From: an uncultured Bacteriovoracaceae bacterium
GTDB taxonomy: Bacteria; Bdellovibrionota; Bacteriovoracia; Bacteriovoracales; Bacteriovoracaceae
DNA: 64,000 nt
NCBI GenBank assembly: GCA_937930825.1
Contig: CALHBL010000147.1
Span: 964 to 64,963 of the forward strand
Reading direction: 5' to 3'
Of this stretch, positions 10,138 through 18,930 are shown piece after piece. Numbering within the stretch: position 1 is the stretch's first letter; each line of letters opens with the position of its first letter. A program made the position numbers and the translations under genes. Under the pieces are notes generated by a model. It was not told the DNA's origin, did not search any database, and was given only the letters and a program-made list of their open reading frames with translations.

Positions 10138-10452
10138 TTAAAAAAGACCCGGAATATTCAGTCCACCTGTTACCTTAGACATTGCTTTTTGAACCATATC
10201 TTGTGACTCCTTAACTGCCTGATTAACTCCTGTCAGAACTAATTCCTGTAATGTTTCTACATCAGTCGGATCAACACATTCTGGATCTATTGTAATACTA
10301 ACAATCTCTTGTTTTCCAGTTATCTTAATTTTTATCATTCCTCCACCACTTGAAGTTTCAAGCTCTCTTGATTCAAGTTCTTTTTGAAGGGTCGCCATTT
10401 TTTGCTGCATTTGCTGTGCTTGCTTCATTAATCCATTCATATTTTTTGACAT
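10138..10452 (-). CDS. ybaB: Nucleoid-associated protein YbaB/EbfC
   Basis: 104 aa, GLMKQAQQMQQKM...GGGMIKIKITG pattern. Lies between dnaX and recR. Confidence 0.92.
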   Translation of the reverse strand: MSKNMNGLMKQAQQMQQKMATLQKELESRELETSSGGGMIKIKITGKQEIVSITIDPECVDPTDVETLQELVLTGVNQAVKESQDMVQKAMSKVTGGLNIPGLF

Positions 10453-10455
10453 CTC

Positions 10456-12177
10456 TTACTCCTCATTTATTTTTATTTTATCTATCTTAGAATTAAATAT
10501 TTTTTCGGCTTCTATAATTACAGGGTGATTCCTAATGGCCACACGAGTATCTTCGAGGCCCTGCTCAATTTCCTTTTCTCGAATTTCCGATTTTGACTGA
10601 AAGTTTTTTTCCTTAGCTTCTTCCTTATCTAAACTTACGAGGTGAAGAGTTGCTCTTTCAACATTAAAGAAATTTTTCATGCTTTCTTCAACCTTAAGGG
10701 CCCCTTCATTTTCCTTCAAATGCTCATAGAAAAGTACTGCACTCCCTGAGAATCCATAGGTGACTGTAGCCTGTTCTTCCTTAAGCACTAAGTTCTCAAT
10801 TACATTGCCTTGCTCAAGCTCAGCATATATTGCGGGATATTCATTCTTAAAAAAATCTTCAAAAGATGCCCAGTCTCTAGCTTCTACTGCCTTCGTTTCA
10901 GGCCCTGAGACTTCACTAATAAGCGGTTGCTCTATCTTGAAATCTTCTTTTTTAATTTCTTCTTTTTTTATTTCTTCTGGGGATATACTATTCTTTTTTA
11001 TCGGAGCTAAACTCTCTTCAATAGCTACAAAATTCGTATCTATTTCACTTTTTTTTTTTTGCTCAGGGCTCGAAAGCTCAAGACCACTTCCCGCTAATAT
11101 CTGATTTCTTTTGGCATGTTTCAGCAGAACTATCTCAACAGTTTTTTCACTATTTAAGGATTCTATTGCCCAGGTAAGATCCCTTACCATAGATTCATAT
11201 AACCAAAAGACTTCGTCCACTTTCATCTTCTTAAATAGTTCAACACTACTGGGCTCAAAGTTTAATTTATCAAGCTCATCAATATTTTGAATGACTTCAT
11301 ATAGAAAATCGATGAGTGATCGAGATATATTTTCGACCCCTACATTTTCTTTCAACATTTCAAAGTAAGAGCGACTAACGCCCGCTGAGTCATAAAGAAG
11401 AACTGACTTTACTAAATTCCTAATCGAAGAAATTCTTGCTAGCCCCAGGGCCGTCGTCAAAGTTCTTTCGGTTATAAGCTGTTCTTCACTAAAGCTAAGA
11501 ACTTGATCAAGGAGTGATAAAGTATCTCTAAATGAGCCCTGGCCTTGAGCTGCTAACGTTTTTACAAGGAAAGGGCTTTCAAACTTGATGCCTTCTTTCT
11601 CAGCAATCTCTTCTAAATGGGAAGATAGCAAATCCACTGAAGCATTTCTAAAATCAAATCTCTGACATCTGGAAAGAACAGTATTGAGTAATTTTTCAGG
11701 CTCTGTAGTAGCAAGTAAAAAAACTACGTGAGCTGGTGGTTCTTCAAGTGTTTTCAAAAGAGCATTGAAGGCATTCGTAGAAAGCATGTGAACTTCATCA
11801 ATAATATAAACTTTGTAAGTTCCAAAAGTTGGAAGTGTTTGAATACTTCCAATCAAGTCACGGATATCATCGACACTATTATTAGAAGCACCATCTATTT
11901 CAAATACATTCATTGGGCTGCTAGTATCAAACTCTATACAGGCTTTACATTCATTACAGCTGTTAGCATCTTCCTTGCGGTTAAGGCAGCGAAGACTTTT
12001 TGCAAATAGACGAGCAACTGAAGTTTTTCCAATCCCCCGTGTACCTGTAAGAATATAAGCATGACCAAGTCGTTCGTTTATAATCGCATTCTGCAAAGAA
12101 CGCGTGATATGTTCTTGGCCTACAACTTCTTGAAATTTTTTGGGTCTCCACTTGCGAGAGAGGACCTGATAAGCCAT
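10456..12177 (-). CDS. dnaX: DNA polymerase III subunit gamma/tau
   Basis: YQVLSRKWRPKKFQEVVGQEH, GTRGIGKTS Walker A, Cys cluster and DEVHMLS. Start moved to ATG 12177 because the 12261 TTG extension overlaps the SRP RNA. Confidence 0.92.
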   Translation of the reverse strand: MAYQVLSRKWRPKKFQEVVGQEHITRSLQNAIINERLGHAYILTGTRGIGKTSVARLFAKSLRCLNRKEDANSCNECKACIEFDTSSPMNVFEIDGASNNSVDDIRDLIGSIQTLPTFGTYKVYIIDEVHMLSTNAFNALLKTLEEPPAHVVFLLATTEPEKLLNTVLSRCQRFDFRNASVDLLSSHLEEIAEKEGIKFESPFLVKTLAAQGQGSFRDTLSLLDQVLSFSEEQLITERTLTTALGLARISSIRNLVKSVLLYDSAGVSRSYFEMLKENVGVENISRSLIDFLYEVIQNIDELDKLNFEPSSVELFKKMKVDEVFWLYESMVRDLTWAIESLNSEKTVEIVLLKHAKRNQILAGSGLELSSPEQKKKSEIDTNFVAIEESLAPIKKNSISPEEIKKEEIKKEDFKIEQPLISEVSGPETKAVEARDWASFEDFFKNEYPAIYAELEQGNVIENLVLKEEQATVTYGFSGSAVLFYEHLKENEGALKVEESMKNFFNVERATLHLVSLDKEEAKEKNFQSKSEIREKEIEQGLEDTRVAIRNHPVIIEAEKIFNSKIDKIKINEE

Positions 12178-12257
12178 TAATTCACCGTAATCTATTAGTT
12201 TGTGAGAATGGGATAATATAGCAGTTGAATATCTAAGCGGCAATTTGAAGGTGGCAG

Positions 12258-12360
12258 CCAAGCACCTAACACACCATCTCTTTGGTTACCGTTGCTTCCT
12301 TCCGGACCTGGCGGAGTTTACCCAGAAAACGATTGTTAAGACCTGACTACCGGTGCCAAA
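12258..12360 (-). ncRNA. ffs: Signal recognition particle RNA (small 4.5S type)
   Basis: The minus strand reads ...CCAGGTCCGGAAGGAAGCAACGG..., the conserved SRP domain IV. The 5' GGCACC pairs with the 3' GGTGCT. Conserved ffs-dnaX-ybaB-recR synteny. Ends are approximate. Confidence 0.85.
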
Positions 12361-12388
12361 TATAGGGGATGAAGGCCGGTACTGTCAA
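12359..12388 (-). promoter_or_regulatory. Sigma70-type promoter for ffs
   Basis: The minus strand has TTGACA (12388-12383), an 18-nt spacer and TATATT (12364-12359), placed just upstream of the predicted SRP RNA 5' end. Confidence 0.6.
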
Positions 12389-12390
12389 TA

Positions 12391-12903
12391 TTAAGGAATC
12401 AGTTTAAAAGAGGATAAACCAGTGTTGCTGGTTTTCTTGCAATTTTGACCATTTGCGAATTCAGGCAACCAAGTTACAACATTATTAGGTCTGTCGCTTA
12501 CAAGCTCTAGAGAGGATGAGCAGTTGGCCCTCTTGAATACTTTAAATGCTGCGGTGTCTACAATTGGGTTGTCAGAATCATTGGGGAAGTAAAAATCTCG
12601 TATTGCTGAATTCTTTTCAAGTATGAATCTAGCTGCAATTACTGAGTTTTCTCTGTCTATAAAGAGGGAAGAGTCATTCAAGCTATTATTTGAGCATTCA
12701 TCTAGTGTTATTAGCGTTCCGTTAACATCGAAAGCAATAGTTATATTTTGGGGTAGGGTAAAACCCTGTTCGGTACTGATTTTTAGGGCCATGGAGTCTT
12801 CGCTGCCTGTTAATGAGCAGGCTATAGAGTTTCCTTCACTTTCTGTGGCTTCTGGTAAGCAGGAAACTAATGTGAATAAGCAAAGTATTTGAAGGTATTT
12901 CAT
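12391..12903 (-). CDS. Hypothetical lipoprotein
   Basis: Signal peptide with lipobox (LFTLVSC). No recognisable domain. Confidence 0.55.
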   Translation of the reverse strand: MKYLQILCLFTLVSCLPEATESEGNSIACSLTGSEDSMALKISTEQGFTLPQNITIAFDVNGTLITLDECSNNSLNDSSLFIDRENSVIAARFILEKNSAIRDFYFPNDSDNPIVDTAAFKVFKRANCSSSLELVSDRPNNVVTWLPEFANGQNCKKTSNTGLSSFKLIP

Positions 12904-13030
12904 ATTGATATTGTAGCGCGGCGTGGCGTAATTTGAAGGGTGCAGTTTCTTCCTTGTTGGCGTTTGGGGAATGATTGGGTATCTGGATCGAAAGAGTTTG
13001 ATATTTTCTTGAAATATTGCGTAGGGTTAC

Positions 13031-13357
13031 TCTGCTTTGTAAGGCTGCTAGGTCATTCAATTTGGGGTTTTCGTGCTTCTGCTCAGACGACTGAGGGAGT
13101 CGTCTTCTGTCACATACATCTCCGCTTCAAATAGCTGCTTTGGCGATTCTGCTTTGTAAGGCTGCGAGGTCATTCAATTTGGGGTTTTGGTGTTTTCGTG
13201 CTTCTGCTCAGACGACTGAGGGAGTCGTCTTCTGTCACATACATCTCCGCTTCAAATAGCTGCTTTGGCAGCTTTTGCTGCGGGATGGGGGAGTCACCTT
13301 CAATCACATTCCTCTTCGCATCAAAATGCCGCTTTGGCGGCTTTTTGCTGCGAGAGG
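13031..13357 (-). repeat. Tandem repeat array trailing tRNA-Ser(GGA): two near-identical units plus one degenerate unit
   Basis: Units are 13031-13144 and 13148-13269 (one internal ~8-nt insertion), plus a degenerate unit at 13270-13357. Read on the minus strand, each unit carries AGCTGCcaaaGCAGCT-ATTT and AGACGACTccctcAGTCGTCT hairpins. Confidence 0.85.
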
Positions 13358-13445
13358 TGGCGGAGGACAAGAGATTCGAACTCTCGAAAGGTTGCCCTTT
13401 ACACGCTTTCCAAGCGTGCGCCTTAGACCACTCGGCCAATCCTCC
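13358..13445 (-). tRNA. tRNA-Ser (anticodon GGA), CCA encoded
   Basis: Hand-folded cloverleaf: acceptor GGAGGAT/GTCCTCC, anticodon arm CACGC-TTGGAAA-GCGTG, long variable arm, T-arm GAGAG-TTCGAAT-CTCTT. Confidence 0.9.
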
Positions 13446-13490
13446 GCATCTTTTAGAATATAATATTTAACATGAAGTATTGGCCAGTGT

Positions 13491-13982
13491 CTATTTATGA
13501 GAGGCCTTGAATTTATATGCTTTGCGTTTGATTTTAAAAAAACTACTCAAAACTTTAGAACATTCAAAATGCTTCACTCCTCCAACGACACTAAAGGCAT
13601 GATTGAGTCTTTCATCATTTTGAAAATTATAATTTAGGCTAAGAGCTCCACCTTTTATATCATAGGCTCCGAAGAAAACTTTAGACACGCGGCTTTGCCA
13701 AATGGCACCCATACACATTATACAAGGCTCTAATGTGACAACAAGACTATGCCCATTAAGCCTCCAATTTCCATTCTTCTGGCAAGCTTCTCTAATGGCC
13801 AGTATTTCTGCGTGACCGCAAGGGTCACTATTCTCTTCTTTTCTATTATGAGCTAGGCTTACAACTTTACCAGCCTCATCAAGGATACAGGCGCCAACTG
13901 GTACCTCATCGAGCCTAGCGGCTTTTTCCGCTTCCTTAAGCGCTTCACCCATGGCCCATTCAATATCTCTAAGTCTATTCAT
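13491..13982 (-). CDS. tadA: tRNA adenosine(34) deaminase
   Basis: CMP/dCMP deaminase zinc motifs GHAEILAIR and PCIMCMGA. Size 163 aa. Confidence 0.88.
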   Translation of the reverse strand: MNRLRDIEWAMGEALKEAEKAARLDEVPVGACILDEAGKVVSLAHNRKEENSDPCGHAEILAIREACQKNGNWRLNGHSLVVTLEPCIMCMGAIWQSRVSKVFFGAYDIKGGALSLNYNFQNDERLNHAFSVVGGVKHFECSKVLSSFFKIKRKAYKFKASHK

Positions 13983-14736
13983 TTTTAAACTTTTTACTTA
14001 ATTTTTCTTTACGCTCTTTCTTCCAAAAAATACAAAATTTATCAAAAAGTGCTTTATTATTTTCAGTTTGAAATTTTACTCCATAATTATGGGGCCGGCC
14101 TAAACTATATTGCCTCTTAGACATTATTTCAGCTTTAAAGGACACTTCTTTAAAAGTATGAAGGGGCTCAATAATTATTTCTTTTCCTATCTCCAGCTCT
14201 TTAAAAATAGCAACACAACCTGCATCCCGTCTCAGATCTGTTAACCTGCCATCAAAGGTAATGTCATCAACTGACACCCTTACTTTTAAGTCATCTCTAT
14301 AGCGAAAGTCATATTCCCACCAACTAACAATTGGGTAGAAGATAGGACTCCACAAAAGATAAGCTTCACTTACTAGTAAAGCTAGAGAAGTTAAATAGGA
14401 GAAAAAGGAAAACTCCCAGAAACTCGCTTGAGAAATCTGAACAATTATAAAAACTCCAAGAAAACCAGTGAATGTCCAATAGGAATAATAGAGGCCGCGA
14501 AGTAGCTTTCTTAAAAAGAAGAAGAAAAAGAGTAAGAAAGTGGCTTGGATAAGAAAGGTGAGCCATCCTCCATGAGAGATACTTTGATAAAGTCCTCCGA
14601 GTAAAAGAAAGAAGAATACACCCCAATGAAGCGCTTCAAATCGGTCAATCTCTTGCCTTAATTTCAGTTTATTTAAGCTAAGTTTCATAGGACTATTATA
14701 GACTAAAAGACTAGACAGCTGTTCTTTAAAATACAA
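13975..14736 (-). CDS. Membrane protein with a C-terminal PilZ-like domain (start uncertain: TTG 14736 or ATG 14688)
   Basis: About 4 TM helices, then YDFRYRDDLKV...LTDLRRDAGCVAIF, which loosely resembles the PilZ RxxxR / DxSxxG elements. Confidence 0.45.
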   Translation of the reverse strand: MYFKEQLSSLLVYNSPMKLSLNKLKLRQEIDRFEALHWGVFFFLLLGGLYQSISHGGWLTFLIQATFLLFFFFFLRKLLRGLYYSYWTFTGFLGVFIIVQISQASFWEFSFFSYLTSLALLVSEAYLLWSPIFYPIVSWWEYDFRYRDDLKVRVSVDDITFDGRLTDLRRDAGCVAIFKELEIGKEIIIEPLHTFKEVSFKAEIMSKRQYSLGRPHNYGVKFQTENNKALFDKFCIFWKKERKEKLSKKFKNE

Positions 14737-14745
14737 TTTGTGAAG

Positions 14746-14822
14746 TGGCGCACCCTGAGCGATTCGAACGCCCGACCTTCTGATTCGTAGTCAGATGCTC
14801 TATCCAGCTGAGCCAAGGGTGC
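14746..14822 (-). tRNA. tRNA-Arg (anticodon ACG), CCA encoded
   Basis: Hand fold: acceptor GCACCCT/AGGGTGC, anticodon arm TCTGA-CTACGAA-TCAGA, T-arm GGGCG-TTCGAAT-CGCTC. 77 nt. Confidence 0.9.
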
Positions 14823-14839
14823 GCATTAAGACTGGACAG

Positions 14840-14868
14840 AATTTAGTAGCTGCCTTGCGCTTTGTCAA
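14840..14868 (-). promoter_or_regulatory. Sigma70-type promoter for tRNA-Arg
   Basis: The minus strand has TTGACA (14868-14863), a 17-nt spacer and TAAATT (14845-14840), about 18 nt upstream of the mature tRNA 5' end. Confidence 0.65.
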
Positions 14869-14877
14869 TATCATCTG

Positions 14878-17658
14878 CTAATGTTTTAAGGTTAGCTTTC
14901 CAATACTTTCCTTAATCCTTTTAATTTCGCCAAGCATTATTGATGATATCTCTTTCGGTATGTTACCTAGGGCCTCCTCCTTCAAAATTAAACTACTCGA
15001 CTTTGCAAAAAGACCTTCCTTATTTAGCTCTCCAATTATTAAACTGAAAATTTTCTGAGCCTTTCTACTATCATTTGTAACTAAGGCTTGCTGAGCTTGA
15101 TATGCTTCTTCTAAAAAGCTCTCATCCATTTTAATGACTTTTTCTTTTCTTAAAATAGAATAAGCCATGAGCCTCTCCTCTAAGTTTCCATTGTCATAAA
15201 GCTTTATGGCCTCACTGTACACTTTTCTTAAAACGATACAGGGTAGATTATATTTCACTAACTTTTCTTGAGAATTCTTTGAGCAAGATAAATTTTTAAT
15301 ATAATCGAAAGCACCTTTTTTAAAGAATTCTTCATGCTTGGCATTAATTATTCTTGAGTAGTATGGATTCAAGAATCTACTAACGACTGCCTTATTTCCT
15401 AAAAAGAATTCTTTATAACCTTTATACGATAGTAATGGGGCGAATATTTTATGCTCAAAAGTTTCATTAGTAGAGACAATTGCATCAATTTCTCTATGGT
15501 TGTAAACGTTAAGATATTCTAACTGCTCAACTTTCTGAAGATTCAGTGTGCTTAAAATCTTAGCAAAGAACTCGTCTCCCCTTTGTTCATTTATTTTAAC
15601 TGATTCTAAATTATCACTTGCAACCAGCGCGATATCTCCAGGCAGAGTATGATAGAGGTTTATATACTTAAAACTACTCTTTAAATTCTTTATAATTGAA
15701 ATAAACATTTCATCACTTGATGAATATGTATGAAGCCACTGCACAAAAACGCCATTCTTAGCCATTCTCCTCTTAGCTAAAGAATAGAAATAATTAGTAT
15801 AGAGATTCTCAACACCCCAAACCCATGGATTGCTTGGCTCGCTAATTATTATCTCATAATTCTTATTTTTATTTATTTTGAAAAATTGGAAAGCATCTCG
15901 GTTATAAATTTGAACTTTTTTGCTCTTATGAAAATTAAGATTTTCGGGTGCAAGAATGTCTAATGTTTTTATAATTGCATTTGATATTTCTAGAACGTCT
16001 ACACTCTTAATCCTAGGTAAAGCAGAAAGTATACCTGGTGTTATGCCTGTGCCAATTCCCACCACAGCAGCATCTAAATCGTTACCGGAAACCTGTGCAT
16101 AGGGTAAGAGAGCAACGAGAGCCGTTGTTGAGTAGTCTCCTCGGGTATTTCCATCAGACTTACCGTTAACCATTACTACTTTACTTTTATCTTCCTCACT
16201 ATAACCCACAGTTACTGTTGTATTAGGACCATCTTCAAAAAAGAGGACATCTCTATCCTCTTTTTGATTAGTAGCTTTAAAAATATTTTTAAAATGAACA
16301 TCAGTTGGTTCCCTTTCCCTAAAAAGACCAACCTCATGAAACATGCGAGAAAAAGGTAATATATAGACAAAAATTAGTGTAATACCGACTATTCCTAAAC
16401 TCTTAAAGTTCTTCTCTTTATAAAGAAAGTAGGAAAATGTTAAGAAGAGCAGAGATAGACACAACCTATAAATCTGCTCCACTTGGAATACATAAAAAAG
16501 AATATAGCCAAATATTACAGCACCAAGAAATGTACCTATCGTATTAAGGAAGTAGACAACCCCACACTTAAAGCTGTAATCATTTTCATCCTTGTCTATC
16601 ATAGAAAATGCATACGGAAGTATTCTCCCTAAATAGAACACCCCGGGGACTAATATAAGTGAGAAGAGTATGTAAGTAAGCATATGAAAAAAATAGAATG
16701 CTACACTATGCTTTATGAATAAAACTCTTAAATTAGAAACCACTAGCGGAAGGTAGGGCACACAAAAGAAAGGGAGAGCAATAAACAAACATGTTTTCAC
16801 TAAGAGCTTGCGAAATCCAACAGCAGATAAATCCTTGAGAGTTAGAGACCCTAAACCAATACCTAATATATATATGGATAGAATTAAGCCAAACACAAAA
16901 TATCCACTACCGATCGTTAAGCCGGTTATTCTAATCCAAAGCATCTCTAGACAAATTGAGACTGCTCCAACGACTAAGGCAAGCCAATAAATGGCGACTG
17001 AAGAGAAGTTGTTCTTAACGATTTCAATAGAGTCTTTTTCATTAACATCTCCACTTAGATTATTTCCAATATAAACCAGTGAAACTAAGACATTTAAAAA
17101 ACCTAAATTTATAATCGTAAGATCAAAACCAAAATGGTTAATCAAGTACCCCGCAGTGACAATTACACCAAGAAAGGCCCCCAAAGTGTTTAGTCCATAA
17201 ATAAATGAATGAACAGCGTTTATGTCTTCACTCTTCTCCGGCAATACAGCAGTCATAATGGGAATTGTCGCGCCCATTAAAATGGTAGGAAAAATCAGTA
17301 GCAGAAATGTAAGAAAAATGTGCAAGAATAAATTATTATATTGAGCAATTGGGGAGTTGAACACTAGATCAAAAATTGTAGGAAAGAAAATGGCATATGC
17401 CCCGGTCGCCAATTCAATAAAGCCATAGTTCTTAAGAAGTTTTTTTCGGCTCTTTATAGTTTCGCTATAACGTCCAAATATGAAATAACCAAGAGCAAGA
17501 CCTAAGAGAAAAATTGCAACAATGATTGTAGTCGACCTAGCTTCACTTCCGACTAAAACGGATAAGTACTTTTGCCATACCGTTTGGTAACCCAATGAGC
17601 ATAAACCTGTAATAAAAATGGCAAGCAGTAATACTATTCGCCTGATTCTAAAGTCCAT
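14878..17658 (-). CDS. Fused polytopic membrane domain / spermidine synthase-like (class I SAM-fold) / helical C-terminal domain protein
   Basis: About 440 aa of TM helices, then VVGIGTGITPG...VDVLEIS...YEIIISEPSNPWV (aminopropyltransferase-like motifs), then a ~270-aa helical tail. Confidence 0.6.
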   Translation of the reverse strand: MDFRIRRIVLLLAIFITGLCSLGYQTVWQKYLSVLVGSEARSTTIIVAIFLLGLALGYFIFGRYSETIKSRKKLLKNYGFIELATGAYAIFFPTIFDLVFNSPIAQYNNLFLHIFLTFLLLIFPTILMGATIPIMTAVLPEKSEDINAVHSFIYGLNTLGAFLGVIVTAGYLINHFGFDLTIINLGFLNVLVSLVYIGNNLSGDVNEKDSIEIVKNNFSSVAIYWLALVVGAVSICLEMLWIRITGLTIGSGYFVFGLILSIYILGIGLGSLTLKDLSAVGFRKLLVKTCLFIALPFFCVPYLPLVVSNLRVLFIKHSVAFYFFHMLTYILFSLILVPGVFYLGRILPYAFSMIDKDENDYSFKCGVVYFLNTIGTFLGAVIFGYILFYVFQVEQIYRLCLSLLFLTFSYFLYKEKNFKSLGIVGITLIFVYILPFSRMFHEVGLFREREPTDVHFKNIFKATNQKEDRDVLFFEDGPNTTVTVGYSEEDKSKVVMVNGKSDGNTRGDYSTTALVALLPYAQVSGNDLDAAVVGIGTGITPGILSALPRIKSVDVLEISNAIIKTLDILAPENLNFHKSKKVQIYNRDAFQFFKINKNKNYEIIISEPSNPWVWGVENLYTNYFYSLAKRRMAKNGVFVQWLHTYSSSDEMFISIIKNLKSSFKYINLYHTLPGDIALVASDNLESVKINEQRGDEFFAKILSTLNLQKVEQLEYLNVYNHREIDAIVSTNETFEHKIFAPLLSYKGYKEFFLGNKAVVSRFLNPYYSRIINAKHEEFFKKGAFDYIKNLSCSKNSQEKLVKYNLPCIVLRKVYSEAIKLYDNGNLEERLMAYSILRKEKVIKMDESFLEEAYQAQQALVTNDSRKAQKIFSLIIGELNKEGLFAKSSSLILKEEALGNIPKEISSIMLGEIKRIKESIGKLTLKH

Positions 17659-17817
17659 ACTTTTCCTTTTTAAGTATAATTCTACTCAATATATTAGAAA
17701 CTTCCTTAATTTTTTTTATTCTAAATTTAAGTTATTCTAGGAGAATATTACTAAAAACTAGACATTTATCCAGCTTTTACTTAAATAGTGAACGCTAAAT
17801 TAAGTAGTCAACTCGTT

Positions 17818-18648
17818 TTACTTTTTAATAGCAGTTACAATAATATAACGAAGTTCATCAACGCCAGGGTGAGACGTACCCCAAATCTTTCTAAGTATAG
17901 GATGCACTCTTTCTTTAATTTCTGGATCTTTAACTCTTTTCATTGCAAATTCTTTAAAAGGCGACCAAACATACTCTGATATATCATTAACCTCAACCTC
18001 ACTGAAACCGGCCTGCTCTAGCTTTTCTTTATATGTTTTAAAATCGTAATTATTTTCCTGTGGTACTTGCCACAGCCCTCCTCCAAACCAAAACTTGAAT
18101 TTCTCAATGAATTTTTTTGGCGTCTTCTTAGGAATCACATCAGCGAGCACTAACATTCCGTCAGATCTCATAACCCTATAAGCCTGGTAAAAAAAAACTT
18201 CTCGGGTATCAAAATGAAACGCAGACTCTAAAGCTATCACTTTATCAAAAGAGGAATTGCTGTAGGGGAGATCAGTTGCCGATGCAACTCTGAATTTTAT
18301 ATTATCGTGCACATTCGCAGATATGGCCTTTTCAATATGGATTGGAGTTATATTAATAGCTTGAATCTCTTTAACTTCATAAAGGTCCATCCAAAGCTTA
18401 TCTTGTTCGCCAAAGCCGCAGCCTACATCTAATACAATATCATTAGGTTTAAATTTTGCTGCTTTTCCAACTTCAAGAGCAAGGTCTTTTGCAGCTTCAT
18501 CATAAGTCGCTGCCTTCTTCCAGTAACCTAAATTAATAAATCTAGTTTTATCACCTAAGTTATTATCCTCGCCCAACAAAGTATAGACTTGTCTTGAGCG
18601 GGACCTTGAGGGCAAGAAGAATAAGCTCAAATACTTTATAAATTCCAT
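17818..18648 (-). CDS. Class I SAM-dependent methyltransferase
   Basis: Motif I VLDVGCGFGEQD and a post-I acidic residue. 276 aa. Confidence 0.8.
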   Translation of the reverse strand: MEFIKYLSLFFLPSRSRSRQVYTLLGEDNNLGDKTRFINLGYWKKAATYDEAAKDLALEVGKAAKFKPNDIVLDVGCGFGEQDKLWMDLYEVKEIQAINITPIHIEKAISANVHDNIKFRVASATDLPYSNSSFDKVIALESAFHFDTREVFFYQAYRVMRSDGMLVLADVIPKKTPKKFIEKFKFWFGGGLWQVPQENNYDFKTYKEKLEQAGFSEVEVNDISEYVWSPFKEFAMKRVKDPEIKERVHPILRKIWGTSHPGVDELRYIIVTAIKK

Positions 18649-18700
18649 TGGAATTAATTGTAGCCATTAAGACAGGGGAAACCAAATAAAACTCAAGAAG

Positions 18701-18830
18701 ATAGAGTCCTCCTGTTTGAGTTTTCAAGTATTGAAAACTCACTAAAAGGCTTGAATACCCGGATGGTACTAAGATTCAAGGAACGCGCCGCTAGGCGTGC
18801 TGCTTGAATTCCTTTCCAATAGCGGTATAT
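18701..18830 (+). repeat. R-family structured intergenic repeat, copy R1
   Basis: ATAGAGTCCTCCTGTTTGAGTTTTCAAGTATTGAAAACTCAC... shares its core with copies at 31848, 38450, 38576, 40032, 43283 and 47449. Confidence 0.85.
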
Positions 18831-18930
18831 ATCTTGGGCAGTTCAATGACTTGCCGCGCGAGTCAATCATAAATACTTCTGCCTACTCAACCTAGAGAGA
18901 TTTCCCTTATGCAAATCTAAAAATATATCG

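Noticed and set aside
12178-12261. N-terminal 28-codon extension of dnaX from a TTG start
   Set aside because: The extension overlaps the 3' part of the SRP RNA gene. The conserved DnaX N-terminus (MAYQVLSRKWRPKKF) begins at ATG 12177.
13170-13470. Three overlapping ORFs (89, 90 and 62 aa) on both strands
   Set aside because: They lie across tRNA-Ser(GGA) and its trailing tandem repeats. Their composition (Gly/Arg/Ser-rich read-through of structured RNA and repeat sequence) and mutual overlap indicate artefacts.
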